From: Octopus bimaculoides
Lineage: Eukaryota
Length of the DNA stretch: 64,000 nt
Direction: 5' to 3'
NCBI RefSeq assembly: GCF_001194135.2
Contig: NC_068984.1
Coordinates: forward strand, 105,149,639-105,213,638
The notes beneath the pieces are model-generated. The model did no database searches. It was given only the letters and a program-made list of their open reading frames with translations, and had not been told where the DNA came from. Positions 1 to 12,999 of this stretch are shown here, piece by piece; the stretch's first letter is position 1; each line of letters opens with the position of its first letter. The translations under genes and the position numbers were made by a program.

Positions 1-778
1 ACTCCCTCATTTTGTAATATTAGAACTGCAACTCTTCAAAGTACAATACAGAATGACATGACCAAATGCAATAGTAAATTTCATGCAAATCATTATAAAG
101 AAGGTCGAAGTTCTGAACCAAACTGTCTATAAATGTTATTTTTATTGATTTTTGGATGGCCACCTCAACAAAAGTGCATTTTTTTTCTGCTTTCTATCCC
201 AGATGACTGCTAAATATATTCATGATATATTTACAAGATTTAAATAGAATGTTCCATTAATATTTCTCATACTGAATAATCAAGATGGTTGTGTAGTTAA
301 GAAATTTGCTTCATAATCATGCAGTTCCATGTTCAATCTCAATGCAAGTACTTCAGCCTGTAACTTGAAATTTGATTGATGGAAGCTGTACAAAGGAACA
401 GTGTGTGTGTGTGTGTGTGTGTGGTATGCTGACAAAATGTACTAGTGTTTTGTTCTTTATTGAGTTTTTCAAAGCAGTGATTAAACAATTTAATTGGTGA
501 GAGTAATATACTTTATTAAACAAAGAAATTAATAAATGGCAGGAAATAAACTAAGAAATGATTTGAATAATATCTGATATGGGAGGTTTGACATCATGCT
601 ATTTATATCAACATTGGATAAGAACTGGTTCATTTAAACAAAAATACTCTGCAGTATGTAATATTCAGTTGAATTGGCTCTTATGTTATTTCTTGCACTT
701 TGTATTTTATGAGAATGATAGAATAACTACCAAACAAAATAGTGGGATGAATATTAACAGCTAAAATGTTTGTTTGTC

Positions 779-782
<4 letters not shown>

Positions 783-848
<66 letters not shown>

Positions 849-852
849 TATG

Positions 853-891
<39 letters not shown>

Positions 892-945
892 GTATATATA
901 TGTATGTATGTATGTATATATATGTATGTATGTATGTGTGTGGGT
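783..945. repeat. Compound microsatellite (TG)n plus (TATG/TA)n
   Basis: Direct inspection; source of several spurious ORFs. Confidence 0.95.
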
Positions 946-1047
946 GTATGTGACTGTCTTTCCTTTGCCTTGACATTCATACAAACCATATTGTTGGTCT
1001 GCATTTCTCCACAGAAAACTTGTTCAGACTATTTTGTCATTCAATAA

Positions 1048-1203
1048 ACTTGGAGAATTATTACCTTGCTTGGAAAAAGGTGAGGGTTAGTGACAGGAAG
1101 GACATCTGGCTGTTGAAAATTTTTCCTCAACATCCAGACATCTATCCCTGTCTATCGTATGCAAGCATGGAAAAGAAGACATTACAACAATGATGATGAT
1201 GAT
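1048..1203 (+). mobile_element. RTE 3'-tail fragment ending in (GAT)n
   Basis: GGAAGGACATCTGGCTG...GCATGGAAAAGAAGACATTACAACAATGATGATGATGAT. Related copies near 6225-6385, 26190-26420 (-), 44080-44175, 45140-45270, 53000-53170 and 54000-54125. Confidence 0.6.
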
Positions 1204-2013
1204 TTTAGAGGCTCTGCTAAACTTAATTTGGGGGTGTGAGTAGGGAAAAGCAAAAACCCCTACCTATTGTTTTCTCAATACCACTTGTTAAATAACAGAT
1301 TATATCTCATTCAGTTTATGGATGAATAATTGAGAGATGCCCTCTGCATTTGAATAATTAAATTTTTAAAACTATTTTCTGATGCTGATAAATTTACAGT
1401 CTTGTATATCTACTTATTGAGTCATTCATTACTATTTTGGCAATTATGATGAAGGTTATGCTTTGTTAATAAGTTCACAACAAGACCAAAACATGTCTAG
1501 TGTTGTCTATCATACTTGCTAGAAAAATGAAAATTACTTGTAAGTCATCTTTTTAATGCTCCATGCATTAACTATGTTACCACATCTTACAATTTGTAAC
1601 CTACATCTTTTCACATTTACGCATTTTGTTACCAACATGTTTTCAGCTTATACATTATATATATATAAATATCTAGGTTTTGATTATATTTTCCATACAG
1701 ATTTTCAAATGAGTTTTCACAGCACTTTGTATTCTTGATCTCTATTTCTATTAACTCTCATTTATTTTCCTTATTTTATTGCAAAAGCATTAACACTTAT
1801 TCTGGTTAACAACCAATTATGTAGCAGACTATAACTCACACAATCGTCAATTAATTTTCTTTAGCTATGACAATGAGGCAGTCTTTGTATGGCCACTTAA
1901 CCTGCTTTAAATAGCAGCTAAATTTCCCTCAAATCTTTTGTGACCACCTTAAACAGAAAGGGACATGTTGAATAATTTAGTCCTTGATTAAGATCTTGGG
2001 TCTGTATTATAAG

Positions 2014-2559
2014 TCATGGGAGGCAGGCTACTGAATTGGATGCTAGAATTGCAAGTGTTGGCACAGTTATGCACCAGATGAGAGATTGATGAAAAAAACA
2101 GCCAAGTTCACTACCTTCAATTCAATTTTTGTGCCTATCCTCATCTATGGTCATAAATGTTAGGTATTGACTGAAAGAGTACAATCTCAAATACAAGCAA
2201 CCAAAATGGAGTTCCTCCAAAGGGTCTCTGAAGTAACATTACTTAACAGGATGCAAAGCTTGGAGGTCAGAGAGTCTCTCCAGGATGCACCACTCAAGTA
2301 CTACAGATATGTGGTTAGAATGTCACAGGCAAGAATTACAAGACAGATTCTTTGAGCCATGCCAACCAGCAAGAGACCTAGTGGTTGACCAAGAATGAGA
2401 TGGTTGGATAATATTCATAGCCTCAGTTGGTCACACTTGAGAATCCAGCCAGAAAATCTAATAATAGTTGCTTCTGATAGGACCTGATGGAAGAGATGCC
2501 TGAGGACTCTACCCCCATGACCCTCCCAGGGATAGCGGGTGGAGAAGATGGATGGATGG
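2014..2559 (+). mobile_element. RTE-clade LINE 3' fragment (Expander/Rex3-like), degenerate
   Basis: Translation GRQATELDARIASVGTVMHQ...TERVQSQIQATKMEFLQRVSEVTLLNRMQSLEVRESLQ...VVRMSQARITRQIL*AMPTSKRPSG*PRMRWLDNI resembles the RTE ORF C-terminus. It ends in a (GATG)n/(TGGA)n tail at 2547-2559. Confidence 0.8.
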
Positions 2560-4199
2560 TTCACTGCACATAGGAAGAAAAGATTGTCTCAACTGTGATG
2601 CCTTTGATCAGAGATATGCTTGACTAAAGCTGATCTTGAATTAAACAACAACAATAACCTAAATTTAAAACAGCTAACTTGGACATGTATTTTAAAACTG
2701 TCTGCCCTTATGCCAACAACTTTTTGAGATTTGGTTTCCTAATGGTATTGTTATTCATTTGTCCTATTCTTAACTGAAAATAAAGTTTGTTTCTATAAGT
2801 TTCCATCATGCTTATGATTTTTTTAATAAGTGGCTTTTCTAGTTGGTAATGGTTCCAAATATTCCAGTTTGTTTATTTTACTGAGAGTTGTGTTTTAAAC
2901 CCTGGACAATATAAAAACTCCTATTGTTAGAGTTAGCTGAAGTGATGTTATCTGTGCAATGATCTGCACTGTAAATATTTATAGGAAAACAATATGAACT
3001 TTGAAAAGGCAAATTGTCTTGTATAATAAAATGTGTGTTTTATGTAATCTATCCACATGATAATTTATGTATAATATTTATAGTGTGTTTCTTTACTGCA
3101 ATTATGAAGAGATAATGTAGAAACAGGAAGATATCAAACAACAAATAGAGAGTGGGTGATAATGATAGAGGTAAAATGAAAGTGTGGAAAGATGAGGTGT
3201 TTATTATAATGCCCAGACTGACAAATGAAGAAAGAAGGAGTGAGAGAATTAAAATAGATTGAATTGGAGTAACAAGTTGGCTCTGTGTTGTTTTAAGCAG
3301 GATGAGAAATAAGTTCAATCATGAAATGCTAATAAATAATGGTGGAAAACTAGGAAATATTTATGGAATTCAAGAGTTCTATGACTATTGTTTGAAAAGA
3401 ACTTTTGAGTAATGATAAAATACATGGAAATCATTCATTGTTTTTTAAATGGCATCATGATATTTTTATAAATATAGTATCATTTTTAATTAAATTTTTA
3501 TAACTATCATTAAACTATCTTCAGTGAACCATCAAAAATCTTAGTATAAAATGAGCAGTCTTTTTGATGATGCAAGTGTCTGTGTTTTTATACTTTTGTG
3601 ACCCATCATTTTCAGTGAGTGATATGTACTGTCTCACCTCCAAATTATTGGTGTCAATCTTTTTGTCTGTGATTAAATTCCTTAGTCAGTGATACAAATC
3701 TGGTTGTAATATATGAGAGATCATAGAAGACTTTAGTAAGATGATATGCCTCATGAACTGAAGGTGTTAAATGTTACATAAATTTCAATCCTTTTTTTAA
3801 GGATAGGTGTAGAGGCTCAGGGAAGATAAGTTCAGTAGGAGAGGGGAATTAATTACCAAGAAGAGGGTATGTTGAAGTGGCCAAGCTGAACAATGATAAG
3901 ATATGCAAAAAATAAAAAAGGTCACACAAATTGGAAATAAACTACATATAGCGTTCCTTTGTACATATCTAGCTGTATAGAACATTTGTATAGATGATTC
4001 TAGATTAGGGTGTTATTCCAAAGAGTCAACTAAACCCCAAGCAATGTATAATTCAAGTAAATTAATGGGTCCTAGTGCTACAACAGTTATAGCACCTGCT
4101 TTAAGGTAAACTGGCAATGACATTATAAAGTGTGTTATGGGCATCTAAGCTTAGCAGAACCCAACCCTCTCCAGGTCTAACCACAGCCAATTTCTTTTG

Positions 4200-4360
4200 A
4201 ATAGAAAAAGAGTGGTGGGCAGAGGGAGATTGAATCTTCAACTGGTACTTCTATTGACCTCAAAGGTGTGAAAAACTGAAGTTGATAAAATTTGAACTCA
4301 GAACACAAAGGAGCAGAACAAATACCATGAGGTGTTTTATCTGCCACTCTAATGACTCTG
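4200..4360 (-). mobile_element. Short SINE family fragment, antisense
   Basis: CTGGTACTTCTATTGACCTCAAAGG...GTTGA...TTTGAACTCAGAAC is the reverse complement of the 39116/58270 family. Confidence 0.55.
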
Positions 4361-7300
4361 CCAGATCACCTGTCTATTTGTGTGTGTGTGTGTGTGTGAA
4401 AGTGAGTGTGAGAGAGAGAGAGGGGGGATGGATGACTGATAATTATTGACAGCTAGAATTCTTTACTGGCAGATAGAATACTGAAGTCAGTAAAATCAAT
4501 TATTTAGTAACAGTAATGTGTGTGACTAATTGATAGATCCAGTACTTATTTTTATAGTAAAGCTTTATTTTAAATTTTTTGGCATTGACAATTATTTGCA
4601 GAGAAATATTTTCAAATGTATCTTATTTTTTCTTGTTTTAAAAGTATATTTTGTGTTTTTAAATATTTACTTTTTAACATAGTTTAATTATTCAGAACTA
4701 GCTATCATTTTTATTTTTTAATTTAATTCTAAATTTGAAATGGGGTTTTTACTTACCTTAAAGACATAATTAAAGCTATTTTTATTTAAATCTAAGTATA
4801 TTGTAAAAAAAAAAATCATTTTTTGTTTTGATTACACTCCATACAATAATAGTTTTTTTGGTTATTTTGATATATTAATAACCTTGGTCGCCCACTTTCC
4901 AGACTCCACGTAACAGAATATTCTATTAATCAGAATGTTTCATATTCTTTTACTTGTTTGACTCATTGGACCATGTCCATGTTGAGGAAATGCCCTCAAG
5001 AGTTTTACTTAACAGCAGTATTCTGTCTGGCAATTAATTCATCATACTCAGAAAATGTGCTGAATACAAATACATGCTTTTGTTCAAAGAAAATACTAAA
5101 GAATATTCCTGTTATAATGTATTAGTTTTCATTCCACACTAGTTTAGACACAAACACAAACTTTCCATCTACCCAATTTCATTCACAAATTATTGGTCAT
5201 ATAAGGCTTTCTCAAAGCATTGTACTATGAAATCAAACCCAATGCCATGCAGTTGTGAAACTAACTTAACCATACAGCCATGCCAACAGTCATAGCAGAT
5301 ATTTTTTTATTAGAGTTTATAAGACTAAATATAGGATAAATTTTAGAATTTATCTATTTTAGAACTGTGAATTATTCATATATTTTAAAATATTATTTTT
5401 TCATTATCATTTTTTAAAAATAAAATAGCGATTGTTTTAAATCTAAAATGTACAATTCATTTAAAACTATACCTATTTGGGTTGTCAGCAACAAAATGAA
5501 TAAATAAGCTTATCATTTTAAGATAATTTTATTTAAATATTTTATATTTAGTATAAAATATGTTGCTTCTTATTGATGTGCAACAGAATGCAGTTTTTGA
5601 TTTTTCAAATTTTTGTTGAAATTGTAACCTAAATAATTGAAGGTATCATACAATTCTTTTAACAATGTAATAATAATCTTGAAGTGTAAGTTAGGATTGC
5701 ATAATGGTGAGAGTACTTGTTTATTGTTGCCCCTATTAAAAGTTGTGTCAAGTAAAAAAATATATATCTACAAATCTAAGTAGTTTAAAACTCACCATTG
5801 AGCATGTTATTATTAGCCACAAAAATTACTTCAAATTTTAGTTGAAAAATGAGAAAATGAGAACCATATATTGCAGTGCTTTTGTCTTCAAAATTAGAGA
5901 ATTTAGATATTTTTGCATAAGGTTCTTCCATTATCTTCTGCCAGTCTAAGTCTAGTTTAATTGTTACTTTAATTTTATGGCTAAGGAATTCTAAGGGTCA
6001 TATATCTAATTGGATCAAGATGGTTTAGGATTATTATTAGTTCCAGTTTGTCAGAAATCAAGTGGTTACAGAATTTATTGGCTTGAGTGTCACCTCATAA
6101 CTAGTTTTTAGTGGATGTGCTATTTGCTTGTATGCGTATATTTCCCTATATAATGTTTATATATGTGTGTGTATGTATGTACGTATACATATATATATTT
6201 ATGTCCTGCAATTCTTCAGCTCAATGTACAAATACCATTGGAATAATATAATTTCCTTGAAAATAATAAGGATTAACATCGGCAAGAGCATCTGGCCATA
6301 AGAATATTCTCTCAGGAAATTTTGACAAACCCATTGCTAGCATTGAAAAAACAAAACATAAGAACTAAATAAGATGATAAAGATTGTGATACGCTGTTAC
6401 ATTGAATTTTGCTTTATCATTTTGTAATATATTATTGGATATCAGTCTTTCATCATGTATCCACCACTCATCTATTTCTACATAATTTATCAAAGCTCTT
6501 CATTAGTATCTCTTCTAGATTTAGTCAAAGTTCTTATGAAATATTTATATTTCACTTCTTGATTGCTGTTCTAATAAATTCTTTTAATATTTCTCAATCT
6601 TTTCATAATGGTTGCTACACACACAAAAAAAAAACAGCAAAAGAACATAAAATATTTGTTTTCTTGGTTGATTGATCAATTTGTCTGTTAAGATATAATA
6701 TTCCAATTAGATGTTCTTAATAGATATATTGGTTTCCACAGTTCTTACTTGAAATGGTTTTGTTCTTTCTCAAAGAAAAACTAAATTTCAAAGATTAATT
6801 TTATTTCATCATTCAGTATTTATTGTCATTAAGAAATATACCCTTTTTTTAAGTTGATTTCACTTTGCTGCTAATCTACAAAGAAAATCTACAAGATTTT
6901 TTTTAATATTTTGCTTTTAAATATAATTTGCTTATGTTGCTATCTATTTCCTAGTAAAATGAGACATTCATAGATCGTTTTATTACCTTGTTTCTCTCAA
7001 TAATTATTAGAATTATTGTAATCAGAATATATTTTATGCAGGATTGTATGTTCGATCTTGTATGATTGTCAAATTTCTTGGATGAAATGTTGTTCTTTTT
7101 ATTTCAATGGTTTGTTTATAATTTTAAGTAACTACATTTAGGTGAGTTTCAAAAATATGACTAACTTGGATTGTGTCTACATCCTCAAAGTTCTCGTGGT
7201 TAAATATCCAGATTTAACAGAATATAACAGGAATATATTTCTCATAGGCAACAAATCCTTGCTTCTAAATCTGGAATCTGTAGTCATGCTGCATGAGATT

Positions 7301-10300
7301 TTTCAGATTCACTCTGCTTCTCACCCTTCCTGCCATTTCTCTCTTTCTCTGTATATATCTCTATCTCTCACTCTCACCTTTCACCTCTCTATCACCTATA
7401 ATAAGCAGAATGGTGCTTAGATTTTTTTTAAATTCTCATAAATAGTTTCTAATTAAAAAAAAACCCACTGGCCACTCTATTAATAATGAATATGCATTGT
7501 TTAGTAGATCCATCACATTAGAATTTATTTAACATAGAACAGTAATAGTAAAAGATAGCTTTTTTGATGTTATTTTATCATGTGGTGTTATGTGCATATA
7601 TCTGAAACTTTAAACCTTCAAGATAGCATCTTTGAAAGCCATTTATTTTATTGATCAATTTTGCTTCAACTTACATTTAGAATGGTCTTTTATCTATCTG
7701 TTTTTCTTGTTACTATGTCGGATTTATTTATATCTTTCTTTCTACCTTACTACTACCATTTCGTGTGTGTGTGTGTGTGTGTGTCTCCCCCTCTCCTTAA
7801 AGATCACATGCTAAACATCCAGTTGCTATTTGATAAATTGAGAAAATTTGCACCCATTTTCTTTGGTTTTGTTTGTTTAAGAAAAACATAAAATGTTTTG
7901 TGATAATGATGTTGGTTTCCTTAAAATACAAATGGTAGATCAATTTAGAAAATTGAAGATGACAACATGACAGGCAAACAATACTTAGTTTCCAAACTGA
8001 AACTTTTTTTTTTTTGTATGAAATTACTATTAAAATGATCTGTTGGTTAAAATTTTAGATTGGTACAAATAACATTTTTAAAGATTAATTATTCTAATAG
8101 ATTAACTTTAACTGCTCTGATTTACTGTTTCATTCTCAAGTTCTGTTCATTTATTTCAAAATTACTTGTAGTTTACTTTTACTGAAGTAACTGAATTGCA
8201 AACAGCATTGTTTCATATGTGTGTGTGTGTATTTTACAATACTGCTCTCAATGGTTTCATAACCACTCTGAATAGTTTTATAAACTCTTTACCTGCTATG
8301 CTTCTATTTAATGAATTTAATATTCATTTATGGTTTGACTTTTGTTGCTGCTTTTAAAATTTAGTATATTTATAAACCTTCAAATTTAAAGTAATAATTT
8401 CCATTATTTACAAAATAAAACAATCTTTTTATTCTTTTCATTACTGTTTAGCTTCTTCAAAAACTTTACTCTTTTTAGACACTAGCATATTTTAAGAAAT
8501 CTATTCTTTCTACAAGGTAGAATTTATTTTTTATGAGAAAAACAAATTTTAGTCTAAAATTTGTGTTTATTGAAATAAAAATAGATCATTGATTATCTGT
8601 TGGTAATATGTTCCAAAAGTTCCAACCAAATTTATTTTCACTTCAATTTCTTTGGCATACAGTGTTATAAAACTGAAGCAGTTACGTAAACCTAGCTACA
8701 GTTATGATAAAAGCTCTCAGTTTGAGGCCATCTAACAAGCTTTTTTTCTTGTCTTTTATTACATGCATTCATGAACAATAGCCTATTTGAACATTTGAGA
8801 TCAAAGTATGGTCCAGTGGGAAATTAATAATTCACTGCCTTATTGGCAGTAGGGATGTCAAAAAGTGCTTGTGTAGTGCAGAAAGTTCCTGTCCGATATG
8901 TAGGACCTTGGCGTTAGGCACAGAGCGGGCTTTTACAGATGTAAAAATATTATTTTCATATAGTGTATTTCATGCTACAGTCATAGTTCTGATGGGCAAC
9001 AGCTTTTGTGCATTTTACAAAATACTGTTATTGCAGTAACTTACCACCTGTTGGACAAGTTTTTTGGAACCATCTGTTTCTTCAGCTGCTCAAATCCTGA
9101 AAGTCTGTTTTGAACTGAAATGAGTTAGTCGAGTATGCTATATGAAATATTAATTCAAAATAGATAAACATACTCCATGATGTTTTTAGACTTGCACTTT
9201 AGAAACAGTGGCTCTTCCTTCTCTATGCAACTTAGCAATTTTGCATGGCACCCTAAGCCTCTGTGCAGCTGTTATAAAACGATATCTTCTATATCAGCTT
9301 ACTGGCTCTAGTAACATCCAGAATCTTAATATACTTTTCAAACCAGCTTACAATTTCTGAAGTATTGTTCAAGATTTCGTGGATTTCTTTTCTTTGATAA
9401 ATCTATTATCATCATGTTGACTTTCCAACTTATGTATTAGTTAAATTCATTTGTGATATTTCTAAATTGTTAAATCCAATATAGTTTTATAGATCTTATT
9501 AATTCACTAATTTCTTCTGTAATCATTATATTAGGTTTCCTCTTTCTTCCTTCATAATCTTTTGTCAGTGAACTTGTGCTACTTTTTTCTTTTGACATAT
9601 TTAAATTATTATTTTTCAAATGTTTTTCCTGTTTATAGATCTAATTAACTAATTTTGTGTTTTATTTTTGAAAACTCTAAGCATATTGAATATTTATTTT
9701 GAATGTCAATATAAATTTAGGTATTAGAAATTTGATTAATCAGAAATCTTAACAAATGAGCTTGTGGTGGAATTTTATCATCTGCTTTTTCTAGGAAAAC
9801 CTGAACTCCTTAATCTGCTTGTTGTTGTTGTTGTGTTGCTTCTCCCATGCATGAAATCCTGCTAAACTTACCCATTCTGTTGCATTTGCTTATACTGCAT
9901 AAGTAGTTTCCTCCTCTTCTTTTCCTTTATCAATTTGAAAGCCAATTTATTTTGTGTTGAAAGCCAATTACATAAATCTATTTAGAGCTTTGCTTAGAAG
10001 GTAATTTTTATCATAATCAACAGAAAAATTTTAAATTTAGAAATATATTAACTTCTTTTTACTAGTTGTGTGTAAGAAAGATACTGTTGTTGAGTTTCAT
10101 TCTTATGAAAAATATTTAAGTTTAGCCATAATTTCTTTCTTTTTTTTTTTCTTTTTTTTTTCAAAATTTTGTAAAATTAATGCCTTCAATTTTAACAGTA
10201 TTTCAAGGAACCTAGTTAATGATTTTTAATCCAAGTTGATGGTACTTAGTTAAATGATACTAACATGTTTAGCATGCTTGATTTTAACTTCTATTTGCTT

Positions 10301-11548
10301 TATTGTATGGTTACACTATTAAAATATTGAGAGAAAGTTTATTAAAAGTTCAATTTTTTTCTTATTATTTTGCCACATAAGACTAGAAATGAAATTAGAA
10401 TTTTTTTTAAATTGCATTAATTGTATTTTGTATTTATCTGATTGCTTATTTAAAATTGGAGCTGAATATGTTTAATCTTCCACTGAAATCTCATCTCTGC
10501 ATCAGAATCTTCAATTTAGCATTTATTTCCACTTTAACTAAAATTCTCTTATTATATATGTGATTTAATGAAACTTATAATTGTTTCTTTCTTTTTTTAT
10601 TTATTTCCTTAATATACTGTCATACATTCCTAATACTCTGCTTATTGTTATTATTGCGACAAATTTTTGTTTATTTTTTTTTTGTCTCCATCAAAGATTT
10701 ATGGTAAATTCTTGTGTATAAGGTACATTACGATGTATTCAATTACATTTCTAGAGATTTAGTTAGATTTTAATTTGAAATTTAAAAGGTATTTTAAGCA
10801 TCTAATATTTTTAGAAAATTGTTTTGTTTGATTTATTTTTTTGTTTCTTTGATATTAAATTTGTTAATCATTTTATGCATTGACTCTATCTGTTAAAAGC
10901 TTCAAGCTTCCAAAGATTTAGTACATGGTTGAATTTTTAATAAGTTTTCTCTCAATTCAATTAAAACTGAAGACATATTTGCTTCTTTTAACACTTGAAG
11001 AAGTCATCAGGAAAACTTGATCTGCCGTTTTTGTTTTTTTTTTAAGTTTCAAATAAAACTAATAATTTCCTCTAATGTATTTAGATGATTGTTATATGTA
11101 TGTGTGTATGGTGTGTACATAACTGTGTATGTGTGTGTAATGAGAGAGAGTGTGGTGTGAGTGTATGCATTCAATACAAGAAACTAATAAACTGCTTTGT
11201 CAATTTTAAGACACTGTCAGAACATAGGGATGGTGGCAGGTTCTACCCTTTCAAACAAATTTATTACTAGGTTGACTGGCCCTTTCACTGTTGGGTTTCC
11301 CCTTCTATAGATGTGGCACAATACTGAGGAAACAATATAAACTATGGATGTCTTTTCTTCTCCATCATCTTGACTATTTGTACTCACTGTATACAGATAG
11401 AAGATAATCATTTGAATAATCAATAGTGATACTCAGTTATGATTCAAGAGGCATCCGCTTGTAATAAGATATACACACTCTGCTTTACATTTTGGATACT
11501 TTTACTCCGTCTTTGTGTTAGCATAAGCATTCACCTACATATATATAT

Positions 11549-11830
11549 AGGCTTGGTTGTGTGCTTAAGAAGTTTGATTCACAACTACATTGTTTAAGGT
11601 TCTGTCCCACTGCATGACAGCTTGGGAATGTCTTCTGCTATAGCCTTGGACTGACCAGTACTTTGTGAGCAAATGTGATAAATGGAAACTATATGGAAGC
11701 CTCTGCGTGTGTCCATGTCTGTACAAGTGTGCATCTCTTAGTGTTTATCTCTCACTGCTTCACAACCATTGTTGGTTTTGTAATTAAATGATTTGTCAGA
11801 GAGATTGATAAATCTAAAGTGAGAATTAGG
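11549..11830 (+). mobile_element. Degenerate copy of the long SINE family
   Basis: GGCTTGGTTGTGTGCTTAAGAAGTTTG...TCTGTCCCACTGCATGACAGCTTGGGAATGTCTTCTGCTATAGCC...GGAAACT matches the 50166 and 51939 copies. Confidence 0.65.
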
Positions 11831-12399
11831 ATCTATTTGATTAAATCTTTCAAAGTGACACACAAATCATCCATGAGGAAGGCACTTCATGCTTGCTGGT
11901 GATAGCTGTTAAATATCCTTCTGAGAGTGGGGTATAGTATGAGACACTATGCTGATAAAAAGATGAGGATAACTAAGCTGGGAACTTTGTTATCATAGAT
12001 CTACTGGGTCAAGGCTGATCTCTGTCAAAACAATAACACAGTTAATCATGTATGGTCATGAGGTTAAGAACCTCACTTTGCAATCACATACTGCCTTTGG
12101 CAGGTGTCTTATAGCTTTAAATCAACCCAAGCTTTGTGAATGAAACTGAGTTGACAAAGACTGTAGAGAAATCTACCAGCTGGACACTAGCTGTAATTTG
12201 TAGATTCATTTTTATCACAGAGGTTGAGTATTCCTGACCATTACAAAAGTAGTGGCTGTGGAAAGCACAATTTACATAGTAGGTCAATGAGTATACATGT
12301 AGGTTGATTGTATGATTGGAACCTTCATCCATTGAAATCAACACAACCTTAATTTTATGTGTGTGGAGAGAGAGAGATTATACATGTCTTACATATATA

Positions 12400-12545
12400 C
12401 ATACATTCACACATACAAAGGGCTTCTTTCAGTTTTGTCTACAAAATCCTCTCACAGAGTTTTGGTCAGCTGGGAACTATAGTAGAAGGCAGTTGCACCA
12501 AGGTGCCATGTGGTTGGGAAACAAACTTAACCATGCAACCATGCC
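12400..12545 (-). mobile_element. Long SINE family 5' half, antisense
   Basis: Reverse complement of the SINE head (CTTTCAGTTTTGTCTACAAAATCC...CAAGGTGCCATGTGGTTGGGAAACAAACTT). Confidence 0.65.
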
Positions 12546-12999
12546 TGTATCTACACACACGTGCACTTTCTCTATATATATATTGAAAAAAACAAAGTTA
12601 TACATGATATGGAATCAAATTACAATTGTTTAGCTGATTCCATTTGCTGTTACTTAAAATATTATAAGTATTCAATCAAGCAGATGGCTGTGTTTATCTG
12701 TAAAACATGATTGTATCCAAGATCTCATTGTTTCATTGAATTTATAGAATCTAAAATTATTTTGCTGACTACCCTACTTTGTTTTGTTGGGTTGAGTCTG
12801 TACTTTTGATTAACTGTGAAATTGTCTTTGTGAGTTTTTTGAGTTTTTTTTTAACCCTTTGGAAAGTCTGAATAGGTTAAGGTGTCCTACTTAGTATGAA
12901 ATGTTTAAATGTATTGCTTGGGCTTTTGTTGTACATACTTGGGTTTGTTTTCACACACATATTCCAAAACTAGGCGAAGCCCCTAGTAACACATTTAAA

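Noticed and set aside
8663-9040. Strong acceptor at 8661-8662 and an overlapping roughly 85-codon plus-strand open frame containing RTLALGTER
   Set aside because: Phase 1 after the acceptor hits an immediate stop, and the LALGT peptide lacks the W-x-L-x-x-x-G spacing of the true P-domain exons.
11270-11310. Plus-strand peptide VDWPFHCW resembling the P-domain DWPFMxxHxW motif
   Set aside because: Three residues are missing, there is no WGE continuation, and stops lie close on both sides; chance similarity.
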